The notes beneath the pieces were generated by a model. The model made no database searches. It saw only the letters and a program-made list of their open reading frames with translations, and had not been told where the DNA came from. Shown here one piece after another: positions 21,416 to 32,120 of a stretch of DNA of 64,000 nt. The translations under genes and the position numbers were made by a program. The DNA is from Sedimentisphaerales bacterium (GTDB lineage Bacteria; Planctomycetota; Phycisphaerae; Sedimentisphaerales; SM23-30), in NCBI GenBank assembly GCA_963666285.1, contig OY762711.1. One strand, given 5' to 3'. Positions within the stretch are counted from its first letter, which is position 1; every line of letters starts with the position of its first letter.

Positions 21416-22915
21416 ATGAGCAGAGCAAAAAGTCGAATTATTCTGGTTATGGTAATAACAGTTACGATGTGCTTAATGTTGACTTCTGGGTGTAGTGATC
21501 CCGAGTCAATAGGACGTTTTCAGGCTACACCGGTTACAAATATTATTCTTAATAATCTTGGTGTTGTTGATGAAGAGTCTGAACCATTTATTAATGCACG
21601 TGACCCCAGACCTGAAGATTTACTGGTTCCTGAAACTGAATATGTTATTCGGTCTGGTGATTTACTGTTAATCTCGATTTTCGATCTTTTCCAGTCTGGT
21701 GAAGAGTGGATGACCCAGAAACAGGTTTCTGAATCCGGTAGAGTTACACTTCCTTTTATTGGAAGTGTTAGAGCGGCTGACCTTACCGAACTTGAGTTCC
21801 AGGAAAGTCTGGAAGATGCTTTAAGCCCGGAATATATCAAAAATCCAAAAGTCAGCGTTGTTGTTCAATCATCAACCGGAAAGGTATACACCGTTACTGG
21901 TGCGGTTCCGGCTCCGTCTCCTTATCAGCTGACTGAACCTGACTTACGTGTTTTGAAAGCTCTGGCCAATGCCGGAGATGTCCCTCAGCGGGGAGTTGAT
22001 TTTGTCTATATTATTCGTAAGGTTCCTACTTCTGAGCTGGTTGAACCGGGCACCGGAATGTCTGGCACTGGTTTTTCTGAGCCTGATATGGCGGTGCCGA
22101 CCGGGACTGAAATTTTCAATCCGGTTGAAGTGCCGGAGTCTGACGACGAAATGGATAGTGGCATAAATTCCCCGGTTAATACTATAGAACAACCTTCTGA
22201 TACCACTCCTCAAAAGCAGCTGCTTGAATCGGTAAGCCCAATGTCTGTGGTCAGCATGCCTGGATGGGTTGACAGCGGCGAAGTTGTTACTATGGCTGAT
22301 GATGCCGAAGATGCTGGTTTTGAGATTGTACGCGGCAAAGACGGGTTCCAGATCGAAGGTGATGCTAATAATGATACTGATGACGATGATCTGGGTTGGG
22401 ATATCTCCGGTGATATCGGAACCATCGGCTTTAAACCTGTGGATACAAAGCAGGAAGTAATCAGGATCAATATGAAAGATCTAAAAAACGGTGATCTGGA
22501 TCAAAATATTGTAATCCTGGCTGGTGACTATATTTATGTACCTTACAATACATCTGGTTTTTATTATGTCATGGGCCAGGTTGCTCGGCCCGGGCCTTAT
22601 CAGCTGACCGGTGAAAAAATGACACTCAAGCAGGCAATAGCATCTGTTGGAGGGATGTCTGCTTTAGCTTCACCAAGCAGGTGTGATATTACCAGGCGGA
22701 TTAAGGGTGATAAGGAAATTACTTACAGGGTAAACCTTCAGAAATTATTCGAAGGGGTACAGCCTGATATTTATATTAAGCCAAATGATATGATAAATGT
22801 TGGCTCACATCCTACTGCCAGATGGCTGGCTGTTATTCGTCAGAGTTTCCGTACTACATATGGCTTTGGTTTTGTTTATGACCGAAACCTCGCGGATAAA
22901 GACTTTTATAAATAA
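21416..22915 (+). CDS. Polysaccharide export lipoprotein (Wza/Poly_export with SLBB domains)
   Basis: Lipobox LTSG|C; YVIRSGD, G-x-x-TLPFIG, VMGQVARPG. Confidence 0.88.
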   Translation: MSRAKSRIILVMVITVTMCLMLTSGCSDPESIGRFQATPVTNIILNNLGVVDEESEPFINARDPRPEDLLVPETEYVIRSGDLLLISIFDLFQSGEEWMTQKQVSESGRVTLPFIGSVRAADLTELEFQESLEDALSPEYIKNPKVSVVVQSSTGKVYTVTGAVPAPSPYQLTEPDLRVLKALANAGDVPQRGVDFVYIIRKVPTSELVEPGTGMSGTGFSEPDMAVPTGTEIFNPVEVPESDDEMDSGINSPVNTIEQPSDTTPQKQLLESVSPMSVVSMPGWVDSGEVVTMADDAEDAGFEIVRGKDGFQIEGDANNDTDDDDLGWDISGDIGTIGFKPVDTKQEVIRINMKDLKNGDLDQNIVILAGDYIYVPYNTSGFYYVMGQVARPGPYQLTGEKMTLKQAIASVGGMSALASPSRCDITRRIKGDKEITYRVNLQKLFEGVQPDIYIKPNDMINVGSHPTARWLAVIRQSFRTTYGFGFVYDRNLADKDFYK

Positions 22916-22978
22916 TTTTTCTTAGTGAAATCTTTGTTATTACTATATTTTCGGACTTTTTTGTGAATAAGAATTAGT

Positions 22979-23890
22979 ATGGTAGAAGAGATAGAACAGA
23001 GACAAGTGAATATAATCGATAGGTATTGGCGATGTGGCATTATTGCGGTATTGTTCTACTTCCTTTTTAGGCATGAGCTGTTAACGCTGTTTGCTCTATG
23101 GATGACTCCGGGTGAATCCCACGGCCTGTTAATACCGGCTTTCAGCTTGTATTTTTTATATCAGGTTAGAGAAGAACTGGCTAAGACCAAAGGCAAACCA
23201 AACTTTGTCGGTGTTGTGCTTATGCTGTTATCTCTTTCAGGTTATGTCGCCAGTCTAATTATTAGAATTGGATATTTCAAGCCGGTAATGATGATCTTTA
23301 TGTTGGCCGGGATAGTCCTTACTGTAGGGGGATGGCCGATTTTCCGGCTTACCTGGCTGCCGATACTGTTTCTCATTTTTGCGATAAAAATGCCGGATCA
23401 GATATATACTCCGTTAACCATGAAGTTGCGAACCTGGGCTTCTTTATTTGCTGCTACAATCCTGGATTTTATTCCCGGACTTAGCTGCGATTCTTTCAAT
23501 GTGGTTATTAAAGGAACTTATAAAGGCGAACCGGTTGAACTTAATGTCGCCGAAGCCTGTAGCGGAATGAGGCTGCTCAGGACTTTCGTTGCGCTAGGCG
23601 TAGCGATGGCCTGGCTCGAAAAGCGTCCTTCATGGCAGCGGATACTTCTTTTGCTCAGTACAATTCCTATCGCTATTTTCTGTAATATGCTTAGGGTTTT
23701 GATTACAGGGATTATATATATCTTTGTTGGACCTGAATATGCTACCGGCCTGCTGCATTCTCTTTTGGGACTGGTTATGCTGGTTGTGGCATTTGCCCTT
23801 TACGGCGGGTTAGCCTGGATAATGAATAATTTTGTGATTGATGAAGTTGATGACAATGATGAAGGGAATGAGGATATTGTCGTACTGTAG
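22979..23890 (+). CDS. Exosortase/archaeosortase family transmembrane peptidase
   Basis: SHGLLIP; catalytic VAEACSG, NMLR and HS; multiple TM helices. Confidence 0.9.
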   Translation: MVEEIEQRQVNIIDRYWRCGIIAVLFYFLFRHELLTLFALWMTPGESHGLLIPAFSLYFLYQVREELAKTKGKPNFVGVVLMLLSLSGYVASLIIRIGYFKPVMMIFMLAGIVLTVGGWPIFRLTWLPILFLIFAIKMPDQIYTPLTMKLRTWASLFAATILDFIPGLSCDSFNVVIKGTYKGEPVELNVAEACSGMRLLRTFVALGVAMAWLEKRPSWQRILLLLSTIPIAIFCNMLRVLITGIIYIFVGPEYATGLLHSLLGLVMLVVAFALYGGLAWIMNNFVIDEVDDNDEGNEDIVVL

Positions 23891-23924
23891 AGTAAAAAAT
23901 GCGGTACACGGTTCTTGATCTATT

Positions 23925-24704
23925 ATGGATGAATATATTACACAACCTATATTGAGAATATTCAAAAGCAAGGCTTACCTTGGCTGTGTGATTTTCCTGC
24001 TGGCCTGCGCTATAGGATTGCAGGCTGCGGTAAATATGCTTGGTGTTTATCTCACCAAAAAACCTATCGAGCTTCAGATGTCTCTTGACGACCTGGATGA
24101 TACTAAAATCTACTCTTATAAGGTTATAGATAAAAGCAGGATTGCAAGTAAGGAAGTTGAAGAAGCTCTCGGCACCGAGGAATATATCCAGTGGTGGCTT
24201 GAAGATGAAAGAGAGCCGGATGATTCACCGTTCAAAAAAATTCTGGTTTTTGTTACTTATTATACCGGTGATGAATATACCGTGCCGCATACCCCTGAAG
24301 TCTGTGGTGCCGGCAGCGGTGCGATTCCCCAGATTAAAGGTATTATGCCGATCAAGGTCAGCAATGTCGGGGCCAAAGATGACGTTATAAATGTTAAGAT
24401 GTTGGACCTGATTCTACCTCAGCAGCCTCAGTATGTTCATAAGGTTGCGTATTTCTTCAGTGCTAATGGTGACTATCTCTACGGTCGCAACCAGGTCAGG
24501 TTTCGGATGAATGATCTGAAAGATAAGTATGCCTATTTTGCCAAGATTGAATTTTCTGTTTTTGGTAAAGTTGATGAAGTTACTGATGAAGCAATGCTGG
24601 CTAAGGTAGAAAGATTGTCTCGCAGGTTATTGCCGGAACTTGTTAAAAACCATTTCCCTGAATGGCCTCCTGTAGAACCTGGTCAGGAAATCGATAAGGA
24701 ATAA
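23925..24704 (+). CDS. Exosortase-associated EpsI-like protein
   Basis: N-terminal TM anchor, YYTG...HTPEVC motif, directly after the exosortase. Confidence 0.7.
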   Translation: MDEYITQPILRIFKSKAYLGCVIFLLACAIGLQAAVNMLGVYLTKKPIELQMSLDDLDDTKIYSYKVIDKSRIASKEVEEALGTEEYIQWWLEDEREPDDSPFKKILVFVTYYTGDEYTVPHTPEVCGAGSGAIPQIKGIMPIKVSNVGAKDDVINVKMLDLILPQQPQYVHKVAYFFSANGDYLYGRNQVRFRMNDLKDKYAYFAKIEFSVFGKVDEVTDEAMLAKVERLSRRLLPELVKNHFPEWPPVEPGQEIDKE

Positions 24705-24765
24705 TAGAAGAAAGTAGATATTGTGGAATAAGCTGAGCGTTTACTCAGTATTTGGAGCTTGTTTT

Positions 24766-27700
24766 ATGGCACGTAAGAAAAAACGAAAAGTTAATAGCAA
24801 ACTGATTACTATTCTAATATTTTTGGCTATACCGATCCTTTTTATTTTGATAGTTGCAGTTGATTCTAAAAAGCCGATACTGCCAAGATTCATTCATGAA
24901 CTATTGGGACGCGACCCGGTGGTACTGCTGGAACAGGCAGAAAAACAATTAACTGAACTGAAAGATCATTATAAAAATATTAAAGCTGAAAACAGGTTGA
25001 TTGCTGACCCTAAAGAAGCTGCTGAAAAATGGGAGCAGGTATTTGAAGATGACTATGCTCCGCATGCCATGAAAGTATATGATCTGATCGTTGATGGTAA
25101 GCGTTTTAGTAAAGGTGATACCGAACTGCAGATACATGCCCAGGAGCTTACGGCACAGTTCCATTTGATTACCGGAACTTATATCGGCGGAGCTCTGGGA
25201 GCTTGGGATGCTATTATCAAACTCAATATCAATAATTATGAAGCCTGGGAAAATAAGGCTGATTTTTATGCCGAAGTTGTTCAGAATTATCAGGATTCCA
25301 GTAGTATTGAAAAGTTGCGTGAGTCTGTAAATAATCTGATCGAAATCAAACCGGAAGAGCCTAAAGGTCATTGTTTGGCTCTTATGGCTGATATTTATAA
25401 TTTAAGATACGATTTCTCCAGTAATGTCTTAGCCGATGAAAGTGCCGTTGTAGCTAAACTCACTGAGTTGAAAGAAAAATACCCTGACAATGTCCGGCTG
25501 GCAAAGTGTGCGGCATTATTGTATGACTTTCAGGCCCGGGAAACCGATAGTTTCGAAAGAAAACGCAGCCTGATGGATAAAGCCGGTCAGGAATTAAAAG
25601 CTGCGATGGAGGCTAATCCGGAAAATGTTGAGGCTGCTGTAAACTATTGTAAATACTATCTTGATGGTCTGAAAAACGTGATCCATTCTGAGCTGGTTAA
25701 AGCTGGTAATGAAATAGTAAGAGAGAGATTGACTAAAGAGTTGGTTGAGTTTAATGATTCGGCCAAAGGTGAATTTGCCGCCTGCCTGCTCAAATATCCT
25801 GATAATGCAGAACTAAAAACTATTTATGCTGATTGCCTGTTAACTATGCCTGGGACTGATTATGATGAACCTGTGAAGCTGTATAAACAGGCAGTTGAGC
25901 TCGATCCGGATAATTTGATTAATGTGACTGTTCTAGGCAAGCTGGTTTACATAACTGGTGTTGTTAATAATTCTGGAAATGATTTTTATGAAGAAGCCAG
26001 GGTATACTTGCGAAAAGCATATTATGGTTTCAATGATTCCTATAAACGAGGTGTTTTGGGGTCTAGGATTATCAGTAGCCGGTATGCTGTTACTATGCCG
26101 TATCTTGCTTTGGTTGATTCCAGACTTGCCGATTCTGTTGATGACGCCAAATCAGAACTGCAGGATATGCTGACTGTTTACAGGGAAGACAAAGGTAAGG
26201 ATGTTGCTATTACCAGGTCAATTGAGGGGCTAATAGATATCGCCGATAACAATCCTGATCAGGCTATGCAAAAATTATATACTGCTGTCAGCGACTCTGA
26301 GATCAGTAGTATTAGTCCCATTTACGCCGCTGAATTACGCTGGATGTTATTTGAACTCTTAAAGGATACTCAGTATAAATTAATTGCGATTAATAATGCT
26401 GCAATTGCATATAAAGCACTTCCTCGACCTGCTTCCGATTTTGCTGAGCTTTTGGATACTTATCTTGCGGTTCCAGACAGAACTCATAAATTTGTATTAG
26501 TTGGGATTATAGAAAATTATAGAAATACATATTCTGATAACCAGGAGCGGTTAAATAGTACAAACCTTCAGTACGTTCAGGCCCTTTTGGCTGTTGGCGA
26601 AGTTGACAAGGCCAGGGAAGTATTAGGTACTGTTGAAGATAAAGGGCTGACTTATGATGTCCTGAAATGCCAGGTTATTTCGGATGAGCAGGAACGATTG
26701 CAGGCCATCGAAGAGCTGGCCGGTAAATATCCTGATGAACCTGATGTTGTCAGCTATGTTAATAGTATATATTTTAGCAAAATTAAAGATGATAAGACAT
26801 ATCTTGATAAAGCTAAGGCTTTGATAGCCAGGGCCGTGGCAGCTAATCCGGATAATTTCAATTTTCTAATGTATCAGAAACGCCTGGAAGAGCCTGACCC
26901 GCAAAATGTCACGTTTGCAAGACAGCTCGAAATTCAAAAAGAGGCTATAGAGTCGCTGAAAGACCCGTATCAGCAGGCAATGATGTTTGGTCGATACTAT
27001 AAAACTGTTGCTGCTGTAGACAATGTGTCAAATGAACAGGATTTAACGCAGGACACTAATCAAAAAGCTGTTGAATCTTTTGAAAAGGCTTCTGAGATTA
27101 AACAGGATTCAGTTGAGCCGCTTAATGCTATGCTGGCGACTTATATGTCTTTAGGGGAATTTGATAAAGCGGAAGAAATTATCGATAGAATTAATGCTAT
27201 TGACAGCTCTTTTGCCGAATTTGCCAGTATTGATCTTATCGTCGCTCGTGGCAATAATGAAGAAGCTATTGAGAAACTTCAAGATTACCTGGACAAAAAC
27301 CCATTGTCTGCGAAAGGGCATCTTGTGCTGGCTAAAGTATATTTAAATCTTAAACGCACGGCGGAAGCTAAAGCAGAGTTGGCTGTTTCACTTTCGCAGG
27401 ATAGATTCGATCCTGAGGCTATTGCTGAATATTTAAGAGTTTTGCATGAAGATAATCTTGCTATTGGCATGGACAAAATTGGCGAGTCTAAAGTCGAAGA
27501 GACTCTTTCCTGGGCCGAACGTCTCTTAAGCCTTGATTCCAATAATATTATTGGTGCCAGGTATTTTGTTATATATGCCCCGCTTTGGTTATCTTACCAG
27601 GATCAGCAGCTTCAGGCTCCTAATCTCGATGCAGAAGCCAGGCAGAGGTATCTGGATAAGATTGCTGGTATTGAAAGCATGGCTATGAGGAATGTTAATC

Positions 27701-29754
27701 TGCTTCTTTCTTCTATTCATAATAATGAGTCCTTATATCTAACGTTACTGCGGTCTCTGCAAAATATGCAGGATATTACTGCTCTTGCTCAAAGGCAGGA
27801 GGCATACCAGGATATTATGAGACAGATTTTTGATGTCGCTTTGAAAGAGCTTCCTGATAGTCTGGCTATTATGAGTAATTATGAGATGTTCCTGCGTGCT
27901 ACCGGTCAGTCTGGTAAGGGAATGGAAATGCTCAAAGAGCAAGTTGCCACTGCGGATGAATCGGAAAGGGTTGATGCTGTTTTGGCTCTGGCCAGGTTGT
28001 ATTACATTGATAAGGAAATGGAAAAGGCAGTTAGCTTGCTCACTGAGCAAATTGCTAAGTGTGAGAACCTGGACCTCAAACTTAATTTGAGAATTATGCT
28101 GGCCGATGTGTACAAGGGAATCGGTGATTTTGATAATGCCATAAAAGTTTATGAACAGCAGCGCATGGAAAAAGATTCTGATAGGATAATGACCATGCAA
28201 ATCGAAACAATGATGGATAGCGGATACGCCGATAAGGCAGAACCATTGTTGGATGAAATGGAAAAGAATTACCCTGATGACTATAAGGTATATTTGCTTA
28301 GGGCAAAAAATGCTATTCGCCAGGCTGATTACGAAACCGCTGTCCAATATGCTGATAAAGCGTTAGTAATTTCTCCGGATAATACTATTGGTCTCGGACT
28401 AAAATCACAGGCTTTGTTTCTTGATAATAAATATACCGAGGCCAAAGATGTTGTAGACAAACTTCGCAGGGTTTCCAGCGATAATCCTAATCAGGGACGG
28501 GCTCTGCTTGCCCAGATTTACTGGGGGAATAACCAGTATGATGAAGCTATCCTGGAGCTTCGAAAAGGTATTGAAATCGAGCCCGGCAATGCCCAGCTAA
28601 ATCAGCTTCTTCTTGATATGCTCAGAAGTCGCAGAGAATGGAATGACCTTGTTGGATACTATCAGGGTCGGATCAAAATGTACCCGCAAAATATTGCCCT
28701 ATACTCGGATTGTGCCAAAAGCATAGATGAGTGGGCAAGTGAGCTTATTGCCGGCGGTAATTCCGGTTTGGCTAATGAAAAACTTAAGATTGCTCTAAGT
28801 TTGCTCAATACGGCTATACAGGTCTCGCAGGAGACTAAACAGCCTACTGCCGGTTTAATCGATAGCAAAGCGGCAGTATTTCTGAGGATGGGAATGAATG
28901 AGGAAGCTGTCAGTCTTCTGGAGGCTAATCTTGAATTAGTTGACGCTATGCCTGTTACGGCATTGAAGTATGTTGAGGCTTTATATAAACTTGACCGAAA
29001 ACAGAAGGCTTTTGATATATTTGAAGCGATTCTGTCTAAAATCGGTGATGCGGTTACAGCTGAGTATGTTGTAGAAAAAATTGTCAGGGTGATATCTTCG
29101 GATGAAATGATCAGCTGGGTAGATTCTAAATTTGAAAATAGTAACAATAAGGGACTTATGTATCTGATAAAAGCCCTGGCTTATAGGGTTAATGGTGACA
29201 CGGAACAGTTTGTTGCTCAAATCAAACTGGCATTGGAGCAGGCAGGGGATGGTACGCCTGTTCAAATCCTGGCTAAGTCAAAATTAGCTATGTCCTTTAT
29301 TCAAAGTGAGCAGTACGATAAGGCTATTGTTCTTTATCGTGAACTTACTGAAAAAGTTCCTGGTAGTATGTATATGTTAAACAATCTGGCCTATGCTTTA
29401 TTGTCGAAGGGCGGCAATGAAAAAGAAGCCCTTGAGGTCGCTACTCGTGCTTACGAAATGGCTCGATTGGAACCTATGGTGCTCGATACCTACGGTATGG
29501 CACTGCGACAGAACAAAAAGTACAATCAGGCATACCAGGTATTCAAAAAAGCTATTCAGGAAGCCGGGCGAAGAAACCAGGTTGTACCGCTCGAATTCGA
29601 GTTTCATCTGGCTCAGGTCATGAAAGATCTGGAACTGGTTGATGATGCGAGTGAAAGCCTCGAAGATCTACTGCATAGAGCCGAACAATCAAAATTGTCA
29701 GCAGATAGAATGCTGATTGATGATATTAAGGCTTTACTCGATGAATTGAAATAA
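24766..29754 (+). CDS. Very large membrane-anchored tetratricopeptide-repeat protein
   Basis: GGAG RBS; basic N-terminus plus TM; many TPRs; C-terminal LNNLAY...LDTYG...FHLA, resembling PrsT-type proteins. Confidence 0.8.
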   Translation: MARKKKRKVNSKLITILIFLAIPILFILIVAVDSKKPILPRFIHELLGRDPVVLLEQAEKQLTELKDHYKNIKAENRLIADPKEAAEKWEQVFEDDYAPHAMKVYDLIVDGKRFSKGDTELQIHAQELTAQFHLITGTYIGGALGAWDAIIKLNINNYEAWENKADFYAEVVQNYQDSSSIEKLRESVNNLIEIKPEEPKGHCLALMADIYNLRYDFSSNVLADESAVVAKLTELKEKYPDNVRLAKCAALLYDFQARETDSFERKRSLMDKAGQELKAAMEANPENVEAAVNYCKYYLDGLKNVIHSELVKAGNEIVRERLTKELVEFNDSAKGEFAACLLKYPDNAELKTIYADCLLTMPGTDYDEPVKLYKQAVELDPDNLINVTVLGKLVYITGVVNNSGNDFYEEARVYLRKAYYGFNDSYKRGVLGSRIISSRYAVTMPYLALVDSRLADSVDDAKSELQDMLTVYREDKGKDVAITRSIEGLIDIADNNPDQAMQKLYTAVSDSEISSISPIYAAELRWMLFELLKDTQYKLIAINNAAIAYKALPRPASDFAELLDTYLAVPDRTHKFVLVGIIENYRNTYSDNQERLNSTNLQYVQALLAVGEVDKAREVLGTVEDKGLTYDVLKCQVISDEQERLQAIEELAGKYPDEPDVVSYVNSIYFSKIKDDKTYLDKAKALIARAVAANPDNFNFLMYQKRLEEPDPQNVTFARQLEIQKEAIESLKDPYQQAMMFGRYYKTVAAVDNVSNEQDLTQDTNQKAVESFEKASEIKQDSVEPLNAMLATYMSLGEFDKAEEIIDRINAIDSSFAEFASIDLIVARGNNEEAIEKLQDYLDKNPLSAKGHLVLAKVYLNLKRTAEAKAELAVSLSQDRFDPEAIAEYLRVLHEDNLAIGMDKIGESKVEETLSWAERLLSLDSNNIIGARYFVIYAPLWLSYQDQQLQAPNLDAEARQRYLDKIAGIESMAMRNVNLLLSSIHNNESLYLTLLRSLQNMQDITALAQRQEAYQDIMRQIFDVALKELPDSLAIMSNYEMFLRATGQSGKGMEMLKEQVATADESERVDAVLALARLYYIDKEMEKAVSLLTEQIAKCENLDLKLNLRIMLADVYKGIGDFDNAIKVYEQQRMEKDSDRIMTMQIETMMDSGYADKAEPLLDEMEKNYPDDYKVYLLRAKNAIRQADYETAVQYADKALVISPDNTIGLGLKSQALFLDNKYTEAKDVVDKLRRVSSDNPNQGRALLAQIYWGNNQYDEAILELRKGIEIEPGNAQLNQLLLDMLRSRREWNDLVGYYQGRIKMYPQNIALYSDCAKSIDEWASELIAGGNSGLANEKLKIALSLLNTAIQVSQETKQPTAGLIDSKAAVFLRMGMNEEAVSLLEANLELVDAMPVTALKYVEALYKLDRKQKAFDIFEAILSKIGDAVTAEYVVEKIVRVISSDEMISWVDSKFENSNNKGLMYLIKALAYRVNGDTEQFVAQIKLALEQAGDGTPVQILAKSKLAMSFIQSEQYDKAIVLYRELTEKVPGSMYMLNNLAYALLSKGGNEKEALEVATRAYEMARLEPMVLDTYGMALRQNKKYNQAYQVFKKAIQEAGRRNQVVPLEFEFHLAQVMKDLELVDDASESLEDLLHRAEQSKLSADRMLIDDIKALLDELK

Positions 29755-29826
29755 GTATTTGTGTTATTTTGCTGACAATTAATAATCAGATTATATAGGT
29801 ATTATTATTTATAAAAAGGAACAGAT

Positions 29827-32007
29827 ATGAGCTCTGAACAAGTAAAACCGGCAACAGCACCTGCACCAGTAAGGCCTCCTATGCCTGTGCCGTCGCAGCA
29901 GACAGCTATTACCCCGGCAGAAATCTTTAGAATTCTGCAAACGCGAATGTGGATGATTATTGGGATAACGATCCTGTTTTGTGTTATTTTTGTCGGATTG
30001 TTTTTTGTTCTTCGCAAAACTTCACCTGAATACACTTCCGAAGCTTATGTGGTATGTAGGATGCCTTCTTCTGTTGGTGCCTGGGGTGTTACCCAGATGC
30101 TTCCACGAAAAGAAATTATCGCTATGGAGACCGCGCAAACAAGTGCAGTGTTAAATAGTGATGCTTTTATCGGTTCGGTTCTTGCCAATAGAAGAAATAT
30201 CCAAAATAGTGATTGGGCTGCCAAGCTGCCTGCTGACAAAAAACAGGCATTAATGAAAAAAAGCTTTTCCGCTTCACCTATTCGCGATACTTCTTATGTT
30301 AAGCTTTCCTTTAGAGCAAGAACTGCCGAAACTGCTCAACTTGTCTTGAACGAGATTCTTGAGCAGTTCAATAGAAATATGGAAACTCAGGCTAACAGTT
30401 CTCTGGATAATACTCTAACTTCTTTGAGAAATAGCGAAACTAACCTGGTTACTAAGTTGAATGATATTAAATCCAGCATGAAAACGCTTGCCGGAGGGGA
30501 CGGTATACCACCGGGATGGCGCGTCGGTGGTTCGACGGTAGTCAATAATGAGATACTGCTTTATAACGAAGAAATGATCAGGTTGAACGCAGTTATCAGC
30601 CAGCTGGAAAAGGAACGTGATCTTTTGCAGCAGCAGCAGCAGGAGACAGGCACTTTGGATCAGGTTGCTATTGCCATGGAATCAGATCCTGTCATTGTTG
30701 GTTTGAAAAACCAGATTATGGCTATGGAACAGGAACTGGCCAGGCTGATGGGAAGTTTTGGTGAAAAGCACCGTGAAGTTACTGAACTTAAGGATAGAAT
30801 AAATGCTGCCGAAAGACAGCTTTCTGCTCATGAAGAAAAACTGAAAGATAGCTATTCCAGTCAGGCTATAAATAATATCCTTAGAGACCTTCAGGTTTAT
30901 AATACTCAGTTGGAAGAGTCTACTCTGGCTTATAATTCTGCTGCTGCCACACAGCGCCAGCTTGATCAGGATGCTATTCTTTATCAGGACCTTATGCGAG
31001 AGGCTGATACTCTCACTCAACAGCTTACCGAGGTCAAAAAGAAAATTGATGAAGTTACGGTACAAAAAAACAGCCAGGATAATATTAAGGCTTATGTTGA
31101 ACAATCTGCAAATATGCCTACGGATATCAGCTTTCCCACGCTGCCCATGTTTGCTATTGGCGGATTTATGCTTGGCTTGATGACCGGCGGTGGACTGGCA
31201 TTCCTGTTCGAGTTGTTAAACGATACTGTACGAACTCCTACTGACGTTCGAAGGTATCTGAATGTCCCGCTTTTGGGGTTGATACCTGAATATGAAGATG
31301 ATGATGTTGACGATCTGGCTAAGATTATGTTGACTCGGCCTACCTGTATTACCAGCGAGTTTATAAGGCAAACCAGGACTAATCTTATGTTCAGCGGGCC
31401 TGCCGAAAATCTGAAAACAATTTTAATTACAAGCTGTCAGGCTGAAAGCGGCAAAACTACTATGGCTTCGTGTCTGGCTATTTCGTTAGCTCAGCAGAAT
31501 AAGAAAGTCTTGTTGATCGATGCCAATTTCTATCGACCGGCTATACATAAGCTTTATCCCGGTGGCAGTCCGGAAGGGTTAAGCAATTATCTTATCGCTC
31601 AAAAAGACATTGCTGATATTGTGCATAAGACCGAAGTTGATAATCTATCTGTTGTTTATAGCGGACCTAAACCGCCTAACCCTACTGGCTTGTTCAGCAA
31701 CGAAAGAATGGCTGAGTTGCTCAGTACTCAACGTGAACTGTATGATTATGTTATTATTGATGGACCGCCTTCTTTGGTGGTTCTTGATGCCAAGGTTATT
31801 AGCTCGCAGGTTGACGGTACTATCCCTGTTGTTCTTGCCGAAGAAGATTCTCGCGGCATGGTAAGCAGAATGATTCGCGAACTAAAACAGATGAAAACAG
31901 AGATTATCGGTGTGCTGCTCAATGGTGTTGTATCCCGTAAAGGCGGATACTTCAAGAAGGCCTTCAAGACTTATCATGATTATGTCGAAGGCAGCGCGAA
32001 TAAATAA
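29827..32007 (+). CDS. Polysaccharide co-polymerase/tyrosine autokinase (Wzc-like)
   Basis: Two TM helices flanking a coiled coil; Walker A ESGKTT, LLIDAN, IIDGPP; short Tyr tail. Confidence 0.9.
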   Translation: MSSEQVKPATAPAPVRPPMPVPSQQTAITPAEIFRILQTRMWMIIGITILFCVIFVGLFFVLRKTSPEYTSEAYVVCRMPSSVGAWGVTQMLPRKEIIAMETAQTSAVLNSDAFIGSVLANRRNIQNSDWAAKLPADKKQALMKKSFSASPIRDTSYVKLSFRARTAETAQLVLNEILEQFNRNMETQANSSLDNTLTSLRNSETNLVTKLNDIKSSMKTLAGGDGIPPGWRVGGSTVVNNEILLYNEEMIRLNAVISQLEKERDLLQQQQQETGTLDQVAIAMESDPVIVGLKNQIMAMEQELARLMGSFGEKHREVTELKDRINAAERQLSAHEEKLKDSYSSQAINNILRDLQVYNTQLEESTLAYNSAAATQRQLDQDAILYQDLMREADTLTQQLTEVKKKIDEVTVQKNSQDNIKAYVEQSANMPTDISFPTLPMFAIGGFMLGLMTGGGLAFLFELLNDTVRTPTDVRRYLNVPLLGLIPEYEDDDVDDLAKIMLTRPTCITSEFIRQTRTNLMFSGPAENLKTILITSCQAESGKTTMASCLAISLAQQNKKVLLIDANFYRPAIHKLYPGGSPEGLSNYLIAQKDIADIVHKTEVDNLSVVYSGPKPPNPTGLFSNERMAELLSTQRELYDYVIIDGPPSLVVLDAKVISSQVDGTIPVVLAEEDSRGMVSRMIRELKQMKTEIIGVLLNGVVSRKGGYFKKAFKTYHDYVEGSANK

Positions 32008-32040
32008 GCTTTATTTGGAATTTGCGATAATTGAAAATAC

Positions 32041-32074
32041 AGCTCCGGTAGATTTTCCTGCCGGGGCTTTTTTT
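32041..32074 (+). terminator. Intrinsic terminator of the EPS operon
   Basis: AGCTCCGGTAG...CTGCCGGGGCT followed by a T run. Confidence 0.65.
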
Positions 32075-32120
32075 CTGGATTTGCCCTTGCTAAACGCATA
32101 AGGTACAATATCTCATAAAT

